Positions 34,413 to 46,337 of a stretch of 64,000 bases of DNA are shown one piece after another. Below the pieces are notes generated by a model. That model searched no databases and was not told where the DNA came from. It was given only the letters and a program-made list of their open reading frames with translations. Origin of the DNA: Orbicella franksi (Eukaryota); the NCBI GenBank assembly GCA_964199315.1, contig OZ116703.1, positions 558,001 to 622,000 on the forward strand, given 5' to 3'. Position numbers and translations under genes: made by a program. Within the stretch, counting starts at the first letter, position 1, and every line of letters starts with the position of its first letter.

Positions 34413-37400
34413 TCACTGGTAGTACCCCTCCCTCCCATAGTAGCTGCTAGAATCTTCGTACCAGTCCTGCCGTTGCTGATAGGGACTCTCCATGTCGTGA
34501 TTGTAGTGCTGTTGGTATCCCACGTTTGGATCTCTGTCGTAGTAAGCGTCGGGGTACTGGTTTTCATTCGCGTACCCGTGGGAGTACCCCTGATTGGGGT
34601 CCTGTCCATATTGTCCATAGCCATATTGGCTATCTTGACCATACTGCTGGGAGTACCCCTGATGATAGGGCTCAGATGTGTAACCCTGCTGATGCCCATA
34701 CCCTTCTGAGCCGTAATTTTGCTCCTGCCCGTAATGTTCCTCCTGGGGATAATACTGCTGTTGATTCTGATTCTGGTGCTGATGTTGGTCATACTGTGCT
34801 TCTGAATTGTAACCAGATTGATATGCAGGTTCTGCTTGGTAAGACTGTGAGCTCTGGAATGCTTCATGGAGTTTCTTACCGAAGTCAGGCGCATTCCCAG
34901 TCACAGCCATTTTTCTGTGACTGCTTCCATGTTGTGTTGACCTCTGCCCAGCCTGCTGCTGAGGACTTTTCACTGGAGAGCCTTGCTGTTGAACACCTTG
35001 CTTCGCTCCGGTGGCATTCTGACTGGTCAATGGAGTCGGAAACTTTATGAAATTTAAATTTGGTCAAAACAATAACTTGGTGAGTTTGGAGGAATGAGGT
35101 TTTGACTGTTAGCAATTTCAAGATAGTTCTTCGCTTGGTGTTTTGAGACTAGAGTTAAGTTTAAGGCCCAGGTCAAACGTCGAACTTTGAATGAGACGAA
35201 CTAAATTGCAATTTGAGTCGATCCAAACGGGTAAAGCTTGACCGTTGCGGTCAAACGTCGAACATTATACTAATTTAGCAGACGAATAGAACGTGTTGGT
35301 CGATCTAAATTCATCGGACGAACTCTGTTATGTCAAACGTCGAACTTATCATGAACTTGATTCGCTCGGTTTAGTTGGATCGTCTCATGTGAAGTTCGAG
35401 GTTTGACCTGGGCCTAGCTAAGGACTCAGTATACTATTTATTCTGTGCATGGTCTCTTGAATGTTTTTGCACTCTCTTGGCTGCATGTAACGAAGTTCAC
35501 ATTCATTTTTTCTACCCGAGATTTAGGAAAAAAGTTTACAAATCTCGTTACAATACTTGCTGAAATAATATAGATTTGAAACTATGGATTTTGGTACCTT
35601 GAGGGCAGGAACCCTGGAAGGTCCTTGGAGCAGAGGCATCTTCTCAGATAAGGGTGCGGCCCCATCTTCATTGTCACTCGGGTGAAGATCCCTCCAATAC
35701 TGATCTAAAAACTCACCCAAGTGCTCGCAGGCGTCCTCAAAGATGGCTTCATCAAGGATTAGATCAAACATTTCCTGAGTTGAAGTATTGAAGTAAAATA
35801 TTAGTGATAACCTAACTTTACATTGTACATTAAACAACAGCTATTTCTAGCTACTATTTTGTTCGTATATACGGAAAATAATAATAATATTAATATTAAT
35901 AATAATAATACAAATGATAATAATAATACACACGAAAAAATTACTCGATTCGGATTGGCTAAGAGCAGTGCAGTTCAAGTGTAACACCAGTGTAAAAAGT
36001 GTTACATCAGTCCAAAAAGTGTAACGCCAGTGCAAATTACACATCGCAATTCTGGATTATGATTGACTGAAAGACAATAGGAACGTTTCTGAGAAATTGA
36101 TATCACGTAAAATGATGACGAAAATTTTGTGCTGAAACTTTGAAAAAAGTTTTCTCTGATGTGAAGTTTATATGAAATAATTCTTATATGAACTGCGGTT
36201 GTAGATGAAAAAATGGCTTCAAGAAAGATCTTCCGGCACTTCCTCCGCGCGAATTTTTTCATGTTTATATTATTAATAAGTAATCATACGGTTTTCTCGT
36301 TCAATTTGGAGTTAATTTGCACTTGTGAGTTTTCAAAAAGCTGAAATTACACTTGCCGAAGCGGCTCGTGCAATTTCAGCTTTTTGAAAAACTCACTCGT
36401 GTAAATTAATTCTAAATTGAACTCGAAACTGTATGATTACCTATACTAATACAAATAATAATAATAAAGTAAAAAACAAGAAAGTAATAAAGATAGTCTA
36501 AAAAACACTATGTAAAAAAACACTATGTAAGGAGTTGATTGAGATCAGCTACACAAAAAGAAACTTCTAATTTCAGCAATAGATACAAACTCAGCAAAGA
36601 AGGGGCAAGGTAAGAAAACGTAGACAAAATATGGCACAAAACAGGTCTCTACGTGATCAAGAATATACGAGGAATATACATAATATAAATCTGTTTCAAA
36701 AGACAAGGGATATGAAAAATATATATCTGCTTCAATAATATCAAGCTAAGGTTATCAAAATCGATGTTTTGCAATCATTTAAACCATTCGTTGGGAACAA
36801 ACTTCGACTTTTTAAGACTGGTTATTTTTGTCAGAATCGCCTGTTAAGACCTTTGACTTAAAGGAGCTCAGTCGTGGTACTTTAAGTTCTTTTGGCCTCG
36901 TGCAAAATCGCCTTTAAATTTAAGGAAAACTGAAAATAGTAGTTTCCTAAGATAGAAAAACGGAAAAACGCCAAAAAGACAATAATAAACCATGAAGGAA
37001 CAAGGATGGTCAAGGATGGCAAAGATTGACTACGGATTACAAACGGCAAACTTGAAAGATTTAGCCTGGAAGTTTCAAGATACGCAAAGCGTGAGGTGAC
37101 TCCTTTAAATTATATTTCTCACCTCGTTGCACTGTGCAAGTTTCTGAGCGGCTACAACCTGAGCTCCTAAATTTTTCCGTTTAGAGCCACGCAGTTTCAC
37201 TAATTTTTCAAGAATTTGCGGCTCCATTTTGATGTACACAGCGATGGGTGCCAAAGAGCAGTCCATAAGCTGGGACGGGTGGTTGATGACGTCACAGTCA
37301 ATAACGACCATGTTGAGACCCTTGGTAAGTTCGTAGATTCGCTCAACTTCTTTTTGCACCTCAGCTGTTGAATTTTATCAAATGCCTTGTTAACGAGTTG

Positions 37401-38950
37401 CTTAAACTGCAACAATTGTATGATTAGTATGCATAAGTTACAGTTAAACAACATTGTTCACAAAAAATTAAAAATATATTTAAAAAAGCTGCTAACAAGC
37501 ATTAGTTACGTATTCTGAATATGATTATAAGAGAAGTATTATGAACATACATGATAATATGAGTTTTTTTTTTTTTTTTTTGAAAAAATTATAAATAAGT
37601 AATCTGGGCTACATAATTTGTGTAAACTAAATCATCTGCCCGTCTTATATTGTCTTGTTGTAATATAGAGTCACAACCCAGCTTGAGCGAACATGGTCTT
37701 ACTGTTTTCTTACCTGTCATCCGTGGCCCTCCGGTCTTGGTGATGTTAAATCTTTCCTTCTCTGTGGGATTGTTTTTTGATCGTTTTGACAGCCCAATAT
37801 CCGCGTGTGTTCTGTAAACTGATATCCTGTTGAGACACACACGGTGTTAAGGATGCTAAACATGATATTTCTATTTGTATGCAAGCAAATTGTACGCCAT
37901 TACACAGCACCGCGGCTTGAATATGCTTTCCCTGGAGCATTAAACAACCAGGCGTGCTATGATTAGATGGAATGTTAATCGATTAAGGTTGTTACCCAGC
38001 AAGCATTTTGGTCAGCTTTCTTAGCAACTCACTTTGAAAGTATATTGTGGTAAAGTTAACATACGATAAGCGGTTTCAGTTGTATAAAGCGACTAGGAAT
38101 ATTTCTACTTCTCTTGGACGAGATGTTAGTCCATCGCAGGGTTACCCCTCGCCCAAGAACACAACACAATGTCCTCAGCTAGGGCTCGAACCTGATGAAC
38201 AGCTCGGTCCGGAGGCGAGCGCACTAGCCATGAGAGCACCACGCCTCCGCAAAGGTAACATACACAGTCAGTTGTCACTTGGTGTTGGGGTCATCCCTGT
38301 GGCCAATCACGTGTGATTTTGTGTGGGAATTGTGTATCACTGTCCCAACCCAGTAACGAATGTGCTGCGCTAGTAGAACACGTATATAATTCTTAAAATT
38401 TTAATTAAAAATACAACATTCCCTTGTTGGAAGATTTTGCCAGTCTGAATTAGATTCAAACTATAGACCTTATCCTGAACTGTTATTATAAAAAAAATTC
38501 GGCTAAAAAAGAAACAACGTACTTTCCAGTAAACCTCTTCTTTAAAAAGTTGTACAAAGCTCTGTGCATGAGATCAGTGACCTGAAAAAATCAACAGAAA
38601 AGAAGTTGTTTAAGATCACCTATTATAACCGAACCCTTCAATGCAATGGTGTCCATCTTTTTTCCGCTTACACTGCAGGAGTGAATCACTCCTATGCGAC
38701 ATCGAATGTTCCTCTAGACTCGAACTAAGCATATGAGGAAAGGAGCGTCACAGCTAAATGTGATTTTTCACTATGTCACTGGTTGATATGCAGTACACGT
38801 CTACTCGCACATTTATCGTCAGTTTTCGTCGTTCTTCGGTTTACATACCTCGTATCCTCGGAGCGAAGGGCCCATTACAATAATGGGTCGAGTGGCAGGG
38901 ACGACTTCATAAGGTGGAAACGAGATCTCGCTGGATGAACTCATCGATCC
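34413..38950 (-). CDS. CACNB: Voltage-gated calcium channel beta subunit-like protein, constant exons (GK domain plus Q/Y/G-rich tail, 440 aa plus first exon)
   Basis: Exons 38950-38849 ([34 protein letters not shown]), 38581-38523 ([20 protein letters not shown]), 37826-37714 ([16 protein letters not shown]...), 37364-37123 ([13 protein letters not shown]...[19 protein letters not shown]...KLAQCNE), 35774-35598 ([27 protein letters not shown]) and 35042-34413. The 1323 nt are in frame. Motifs and intron positions match the Cav-beta GK domain. Confidence 0.92.
35165..35414. mobile_element. MITE (Harbinger-like)
   Basis: taa-GGCCCAGGTCAAACGTCGAACTT...AAGTTCGAGGTTTGACCTGGGCC-tag, with two internal copies of GTCAAACGTCGAAC. 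Confidence 0.8.
36272..36450. repeat. Long imperfect palindrome (foldback element)
   Basis: GTAATCATACGG..TTCAATTTGGAGTTAATTTGCAC..GTGAGTTTTCAAAAAGCTGAAATT [central loop] AATTTCAGCTTTTTGAAAAACTCAC..GTGTAAATTAATTCTAAATTGAA..CTGTATGATTAC. Confidence 0.8.
36862..37104. mobile_element. MITE with TTAA TSD (Kolobok-like), ending 18 bp from a Cav-beta exon donor
   Basis: ttaa-AGGAGCTCAGTC...GTGACTCCT-ttaa. Confidence 0.6.
38049..38248 (-). mobile_element. Internally deleted copy of the same SINE family
   Basis: The reverse complement contains GGTTCGAGCCCTAGCTGAGGACATTGTGTTGTGTTCTTGGGC joined directly to GGGGTAACCCTGCGATGGACTA...TAGTCGCTT...ACTTTACC. Confidence 0.75.
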
Positions 38951-39241
38951 CTTAACAGGAACAAAGAGAAGAACAGAAACGCGTCAATAGTAATCATGAG
39001 ACAGCAGAAGCCACGCACAAGCTTGTGATTGCGATCTTCTTCAACCGTTTCACAGAAAATGGGAAGACAAACAGAAGAGGATGAGAGTAGGATTCTCAAA
39101 CAACAAAACAATTTTGAGTCTGGAACGCAATATCATATATTCAAATCTACATCGTCTTCCGCAAGGGAAGACGATGGCCCCAATAAGCGCGCATGACATC
39201 AAATCTCGCAAAATTAGAAAACAGGCCACGCTTATTGATAC

Positions 39242-39294
39242 CTGCCTCATCAGGGGAGTACAAGCGTTTGGCTCCGATTTTAAGGCTGCGTTTT
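39242..39294 (-). CDS. Candidate short 5' exon of the Cav-beta gene ending ...PLMRQ
   Basis: Acceptor acaacag| and donor CAG|GTATCA. In the frame ending in phase 0 it gives an RQ|GS junction reminiscent of vertebrate Cav-beta1 (FVRQ|GSAES). The entry phase (1) needs an unidentified upstream exon, or translation starts at M-R-Q. Confidence 0.3.
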
Positions 39295-40500
39295 CTGTTG
39301 TGTTCCATCATACATACATGTACATTGCTCATCATCAGGGAAGCGAAATTTTCTTTAATATAAGCAAAGCGATTACATCAGTTACATTGTGAAGAGATAA
39401 AATGGTTAACCGGTGCTAATTGAACAAGCCACAACTATTACAAAACACCTTTCTTTCGAATGTCTGTGGCTCAACTTCACGTAGGCGTTCTCAGCATTGC
39501 ATACAAGTTATCTCCCCACGCAGTTGAAATATTTCGTTTCTTCAATTCCGCTCGGAAACCGGGTAAAAAGATCACTTGCAAACGCGAGTAAAAAGCGAAT
39601 GCTGCAAGACTGAATCAAAGCGTCGGCCATTTTTTTCTTTCACCAGTTAAAATGTAAAACCAAGCGATCAATCGCTTTCACTCCACATGTCTAAGTTGGT
39701 AAATAATAAAAGTGAAACTTCCCGATTGGATGAAAATCCAGTAAAAAGCCTCTCATTTAATATGCCAAGAAAGAGGCATTTATTCTACCCTGAGTTTACA
39801 AAACTGAAGTAAGATAAGTATACTTTTCATAATCCTGAAATTTGTTCTACCAGTTTCAGGCCTGGGATTATTTTTGTGCATTTTCGAGAAAACAGACAAT
39901 CTTCCAATGGATGAAAATTCAAATTGTAGTTTAGAAAGTCTGGTTTTCCTCTCGACGCGAAGATGAAGTTGCACACTAACATTGTGAGAAAAACCTCAAG
40001 TGCAAGCACGTTTTGAACCATATGAGATCTATAAGAGGATTATAAAGAGCTGTTCTAGGCAAACTTGGAACTCGAAAAAGCCTGGCATCAGCCCACACTA
40101 GCTTAAAAACTGTGGAATTATGAATAAATTAGAAAAGCTAACAAAATTGATGATGAAATCTTCAAAGAACATAGATAGATCAAAACATTATGATAATAAC
40201 AATTCATTTCGAGAGAAAACAATTAGGAAACAAAAGTCATAAAACTTTCATAACTGACAAATTGCAACTCCTTGTCGATTCATAGTGATTCATGAAACAT
40301 TTTCACCTCCTAAAAAATATATTCGACCACAAGAGCGAATGTAAATACGAATTCAAGGTGAAATTGGAATATTTTCACGTGTTGAAGCACCGACGTAGTT
40401 GTCTGCTTTGAATGAAAAATATTCCATCGATCGTCGTTCGTAATAGCTTTGCACTAGAGCAAAAATTTATATGAAATAAAAGAAAAGGGAGTTTACGTAC

Positions 40501-40677
40501 CTGTTCCCTTCTTCCCGCCGATTTTGCTCGCGCTAATGATGGTTCTGAAGTACTTTCTCCGAAATGTTGAAGAGTAACACTGCTTTCGCTTCCGTCGTTT
40601 TCAAGTAACGTGAAAACACGGTTGGTCGAGAAGTTAAAAGCTCCTTTTTTCAACGGAAGACAGGAAGCACGTGTCAT
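40501..40677 (-). CDS. Candidate alternative first coding exon of the Cav-beta gene (MTRASCLPLKK...AGRREQ)
   Basis: ATG at 40677, 59 open codons, donor CAG|GTACGT in phase 0. Confidence 0.55.
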
Positions 40678-42450
40678 GGTTGGGGAGCGAAGTCTTGCCA
40701 ATGCTTAATTCATGCATGTTTTCCTTTTTGTCGAAAAAACATCAATGCAGAAAGGTCCGTTTAGCTTGGGTAAGTACACGACGCGTTTAATTGAATTAAT
40801 TCTTTGAAGAAGTCAAGAGCAATTCAAACCAACTGTGGCCAATGAAAATTTACAGCACCGACTAATGGCTTCTTGTTGAAGAGTGCTAAAGTATAATTAC
40901 TAAAATGTGTTGAGTCGGCCATAGATCATTGGACCATATGAAGCTAATTTTAAAACAACTCAAAAGTGTATAAAATGGATATTCTCTTTGAAGCTGTACG
41001 TTTCTAATTTTTCTCCGTCATATTTCGAGCTTTCGTTGACCCGCTTAGGTTTTGACGCTATAAAGCTCGTTTGCAATTCTTCTTTTTCCAATATCAACTC
41101 GATGAGTTTGTTGTATATTTGAATTCTTGAGACCTTTCCCTGGACGTAAAATTGTAAAGCTTTTAATAAGACGCTACCGGTCCGGTATAAGCTTCAGAAT
41201 GTAATACAAAACGGCGCGTAGTGAGCGGTTTTTATTGTTGTCTCGGTTTTCAAACATGCGAAGCACGATATCACTTTTTTTCTTAGTATATTCCAGAACA
41301 AGGAATATTTTGATTTGCTATACTATTAGCGATAACTGACAGATTTTTAGCCCGTGATAGGCCTTGACACCGACAGGAAATGTCAGCCGTAAAAAAATCG
41401 TTGTGATTTTAAGAGGCTTATAATCTCTGACACAATTTCTCAGTAAATGTATGCCACTTGTTGAAGAGTTATCGAAGTATGAAATAGAGCTTGACTTTTT
41501 TAGTCAAAAGTAGCAACATTTATTGCCTCGCGTGATAAGGCAGATTGCTAAATGAAATAAATAGACTCAATAAGAGTGGAGATATGTTATCTTGAATTTA
41601 TTAAAAGTCGCACCACTTTGGCGAAAGTCCGAGATAAGAATCCGTGTAGACATCACAACATTTTTTTCTAATTTGGTCAACTTATTTCATTCATTCCGCG
41701 AATTTCATGAAGAAAAATACGTGAAACTGTTTCATATGAAAGATTAATGTCCCAGTTTCACGTTTTTCACCAACGATTGGCTCACTAGAAACTGCCATAA
41801 ATAAAGTTTAATTTGTCCTGAACTTGAACTTGAAAATTCACCAGTACAAAGAAAATTACTTTGAAATTTTGAGCGTGGCTTGGCGTTTCGCTTGTTGTCT
41901 GTTTAGCTGGTAGAATACATGTCAGATAACATTTTTTTTCTGTTCCCAGAAATATTTCGGCTTAATGAATGTTTCGCGCATGCGCTGTTTCTTCGAGTAT
42001 TTTAAACTTTAATTTAAACGAAGTGAACTCATTCCTAGGACTCTCACGATTTTATTCAGCATTTTTAAAATACCAAATCCGATAGGCAATCGAGCAATTT
42101 CGGTTTTTAATGGACAAAAACCTTGTACCAGAATAACTTGAAGTATTACAGTCCTTTTTGCAACTTCTAAAAGCTAAAGATATAAATAGTTGCCTGAAAT
42201 AACACCAAAAACAATTTTCCATGGGAATTCGAGAGAATAAATTTCAAAGTTCAGAGAAATTGTGCAATCACGGGTAAAATTTGATTATCAGTTTCATTTC
42301 ACCAATACTTTCAAGTGTTTCATATGAACTTCACAATTTGTTTTCAAAATTTTATGCCAAATTTCTTTCAAGAGAATATCGAAAACAGTGGCACAGAAGT
42401 TTGCGATACAATGTAAATAATCTCGGTACAAAGTTTTGTCCGCTTGTTAC

Positions 42451-42543
42451 TCGAACTTGTGATGGATTCGTTCTTAAAACGGCTTCACCATCGTGCTGTA
42501 AACTTTCTTCCAAATGAGGAAAATTAAGAAACCCAGAGACCAT
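42451..42543 (-). CDS. Weak candidate alternative first exon of the Cav-beta gene (MVSGFLNF...LRTNPSQVR)
   Basis: ATG at 42543, 31 codons, donor CGA|GTAACA in phase 0. The donor is weaker than the others. Confidence 0.25.
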
Positions 42544-43885
42544 ATATAGAAAGGTAACTAATTAGTTCGCAATTAACGATTAACAGTTTGCTGCTATAAG
42601 TTGCTAATCACAACAGACTGAGACATAGAGCTTTCAATAGAAATAACAACAAAATAAAACACTGGTCAAAATTATTCATCAGTAGTTTCTTACTTACGTC
42701 ACTTAGTCGGCGCACAATTCTTTTATTTGATTACATGATGAATTAACTTGGCATGCCGAGCCGGATTTGTTCATATCAAGTACTTGCGCTGTTTTTCCAG
42801 ACGTTGCGATAAAAATGGAAGTGATATTTTAAATGAATAAGCTCGCTACCTGCTTTATGTATGAAGTAAATTGCAAAAGTAAATAGCATAGGCAGTAACC
42901 GTGGCATGCTAAATATAATTATGGAGCTATCTATTGTTTTTATTATGAAATACCGGAAAGAAAATAAAAGAGAATTTTTGTAACCTAATTGATCATTGGT
43001 TTTCCTTAACCATAGAAATTGGATGTGTCTGTTTTTTAAAATTTGTAGAAAATAAACAGAAAACCGACCTATTATTGTAATCGTGTGATTTTCTTTTCAA
43101 CGAGTGTTGTATTAATGATGTGAAATTATTTTTAATGAATTGAATTACCCAAATGAGGTCGATTATTTGATTAAAAGCTTAAACTTTCAAAAGAAGACCA
43201 AAGCTCTTTCTTTAACTACAAATCTGTCAGAGAAATCTTACTATGATGTGTCTATACCTAGGAATAGGGGCATGCTACAATCTGCAACTTAAGAAGCGGT
43301 TTGCAATTCAGTTATCTCGGACAATAATATTTCATTTGAATGCATGTTGAACAAAATTTCGCTGGTAACTTGTGAACGCTGAAGTTACTTAAATATATTA
43401 AAGTTGATAACACTTTCTAACTCAATTAGGTCAAAATTTCGCTCATTGTTCTTCAGAGCAATTTTACCGGCGTGTTTTTCTTCTTACCTTTCTCATATAA
43501 ATTGATAATTGAAGTTTTACGCTGCTAGTTTCCAGATTTTTTTTTTTTTTTTTTTTTGTGAATGACTGAGAAGTTGTTTTCTGGTCAAACTTTTACTCAA
43601 ACATCAGTTTTGGAGACGACTAAAATCGTTCGTATATGTTTTTGAATTCATAATTATTTTCAATATTCCTTTTTCGCAGAATGTTTCAAAGATTTCAAAT
43701 CAAGGACTAAATTTTATAAGGCTCCACTAATCTGAGAAAAATACTGTCAGTTTTAAACGGTTCAGCTAAACTCACGGACCGAAAATTTCCCTTATTACAT
43801 ATAATTAGACTGAGATTTTGATAAACGGTTAGTGTCGCAAATATCAAAACATTAATCTTAAACAAAACAATGCAATGGGAAATAC

Positions 43886-43978
43886 CTTCGAAGAAATGCT
43901 GGAGCGAAACGCAGCCTGAGTTGTAAAGGTGGCCTGGCCGATAAATTTGTGGATTCCTGCTACAAAATCCACGTCCAT
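43886..43978 (-). CDS. Candidate alternative first coding exon of the Cav-beta gene (MDVDFVAGIHKFIGQATFTTQAAFRSSISSK)
   Basis: ATG at 43978, 31 codons, donor AAG|GTATTT in phase 0. Confidence 0.4.
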
Positions 43979-46292
43979 TACTAAAGCCGGTTTGTGTTAA
44001 CAGCAAGACAGCAAAATCTCATGTGAGGATGAGAATTACAATAACCCACGCGAACAAAAACAACAGAGAGTTCGTCGCATTTCATTTGTTGATCCCTGAC
44101 CGTTACTCATAATAATGTAGAAAACTTCGGATTTCGTCGGGTTTCTTCGGAATTCTTTGGTTTATTTCCGGTTTGTTCGGAGGAGTTCGTTTTCACGATT
44201 GAATTGTACTTTTAATAAGATTAATTTATGAAAAGTTCAAACCAAGTTTGGTAAACTAAAATTAAATTAATACTAATAGTTCCAAATAGCTTTATATCTT
44301 CTGTATTAGTTGAAATTAATTTTTCTTTTTTTAATGTTTGAAGATTTATGAGCTTGTCTTTGCCCTTTGAAAATGTAGAAGAAGTAGGTAGTAGATGGTA
44401 AAATTGATAACAAGAAGCAACTGATTCCTTGAGTGCCAGACCATCGTGTGCGCTGCGTGCTACACAAATGGGTGTCCAGTAAAAAAAAACTTCAAATGCC
44501 ATAAGCTTTTTCATTTAATCTACCAACATGTACACAGTTTCTGAAAGGTTATTAAAGTGTCTTTTCAATTCAGTTAATTTCGCTGAGGTTGACGTAGTTT
44601 GATATCCATATGACGTCACAGGAATGGGAAGTTAGTAGTGTCTCGAAAAACCTCCTACGAATATCAGGTGCCGATAAAAGTTGTTTTTAGTGTGGCGGGA
44701 GTTTGACTAAATCTATTAAAGTTTTGACGTACTCAGTACGCCATATCTTGACGCACTGAGTATACGTCGTATAGGCAGTCAAGAGGCTAAGCACTGAGGA
44801 AAATGTTAATGTTATCAGGGAATTAGAGCCTGCTTAAAAAAAGTAACGGGGTAATTATTAAGCCAGGTTTTCCAGGACTTTGTAACCAGGCTATATCGTG
44901 GGGTGACTGTTGAAAGTCAGTATTTTCAATAGATGAACTCGTTAATTATAGTGTTATCTTTTCTTATCGATACTTCTTGAAGATATTTGATTACATAAGT
45001 ACGAGAAAGGGTTCAAGTTTCTTCTTTTTAATTATGAATAAGTTGTTGTGCAAGATCTTCCTAGAAGTGTCATCTTTTTGCGCCAGAACAATTACTTTTC
45101 GTAGTCACACGCCGAGTCATTGAATTAGTTCGAGTGGGTCTGAAGTTAAGTTAATCTTAGTGGTTTATTGAGTGGTTTTACATCTAACGTACTTTACTAA
45201 AGATAGTGTATTTGGACAGTTTCTTTCGATGAGGGGGTACAGCCATTAACAAAATATTTCATCGTCCTCGCTGTGATAGCTGCATTGATCGAGCTTAAAC
45301 ACACCAGGAATTAAACACAGTTACAGAACGCGATAATTTTTGTTTTAGGTCGATGTATAACTTATATGTATCAATTATACCACGTTGGTATAAAAACGAG
45401 AAAGTAAGTTTCAAACAACTTGTTGCATACAGGTATCTCTGAGAAAGATCCTAAACTGAAGATTAGCACAAAGTTTGCGATCGTCCATTACATTAAGGTA
45501 TTGATGTATAATATTCAAAGACACACTGAAAACGACGTAGAATGAAACGGACTTCGTAGACAGATTTAGTCTCAAGGCAAAGAAGATGATTACAATAAAA
45601 TCCGCACTGTATTCGCTGGCTGGAGATTAACAGAAAAATTATCATATTCTAAATTCGGAATGAAATCAACAGCATGTTAATCAAGATCTGCTCAATTCAG
45701 GAGGCAAAAGACTGTGTTGAATGAAAAAATCTCGAGATTAGTCACTTATTTACTTCGCTACCGATAATATTTTCATAATGGACCAAGTATTCATAGAATT
45801 CAAAAAGCGACGATTTCCTTATTTGCACTTTATCAGCCTAAATTAAATGTAACTCGGAGCTGCAATTTTCTAATTGTGAAAATAGCGCCTCGAGCTAACT
45901 GAATTAAATTAAATAAAGTTGTGGTTATGACAAACTAATACACACAACTGAAGCTATGAAAAAGGAAATATAGAAACCCCCCCACAAAATGTCTTCAGAC
46001 AGACGTCATTCGGGAAATATGAAGTCAAAATTTAGCGTTGTTCTTGGGAAATAAGTCTTCCTTGGAGGACTTACCCAATTTCAAATCCCCGAGAAAAAAT
46101 TCCTGTAAGGTGTATGCGTGGACGACTGATAATTTCAGCGCGCAATTACAAAGAAGGAGATGTCTTCTTGAGCCATTGGGCGCCAATTGCTTTGTTTTGT
46201 GGCTGACACAGGAAACAAAATCTCAATAAGTTACGCTGAACGAAGCATTGTGACTCACAGAACGCGACTCTTTTACGGCAAAATTGACTTAC

Positions 46293-46337
46293 CTGTATTC
46301 TGTGCTTCCCTAAAACTCTAAACTCCTCGTCGCTCAT
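46293..46337 (-). CDS. Candidate alternative first coding exon of the Cav-beta gene (MSDEEFRVLGKHRIQ)
   Basis: ATG at 46337, 15 codons, then a consensus donor CAG|GTAAGT in phase 0. This is compatible with the phase-0 acceptor at 38950. Confidence 0.55.

Noticed and set aside
34394-35121. Overlapping ORFs of 166, 174 and 78 aa
   Set aside because: Alternate-frame or antisense shadows of the low-complexity Cav-beta last exon.
44221-44514. 97-aa minus-strand ORF with a hydrophobic start
   Set aside because: AT-rich, no recognisable motif, and no supporting splice structure.
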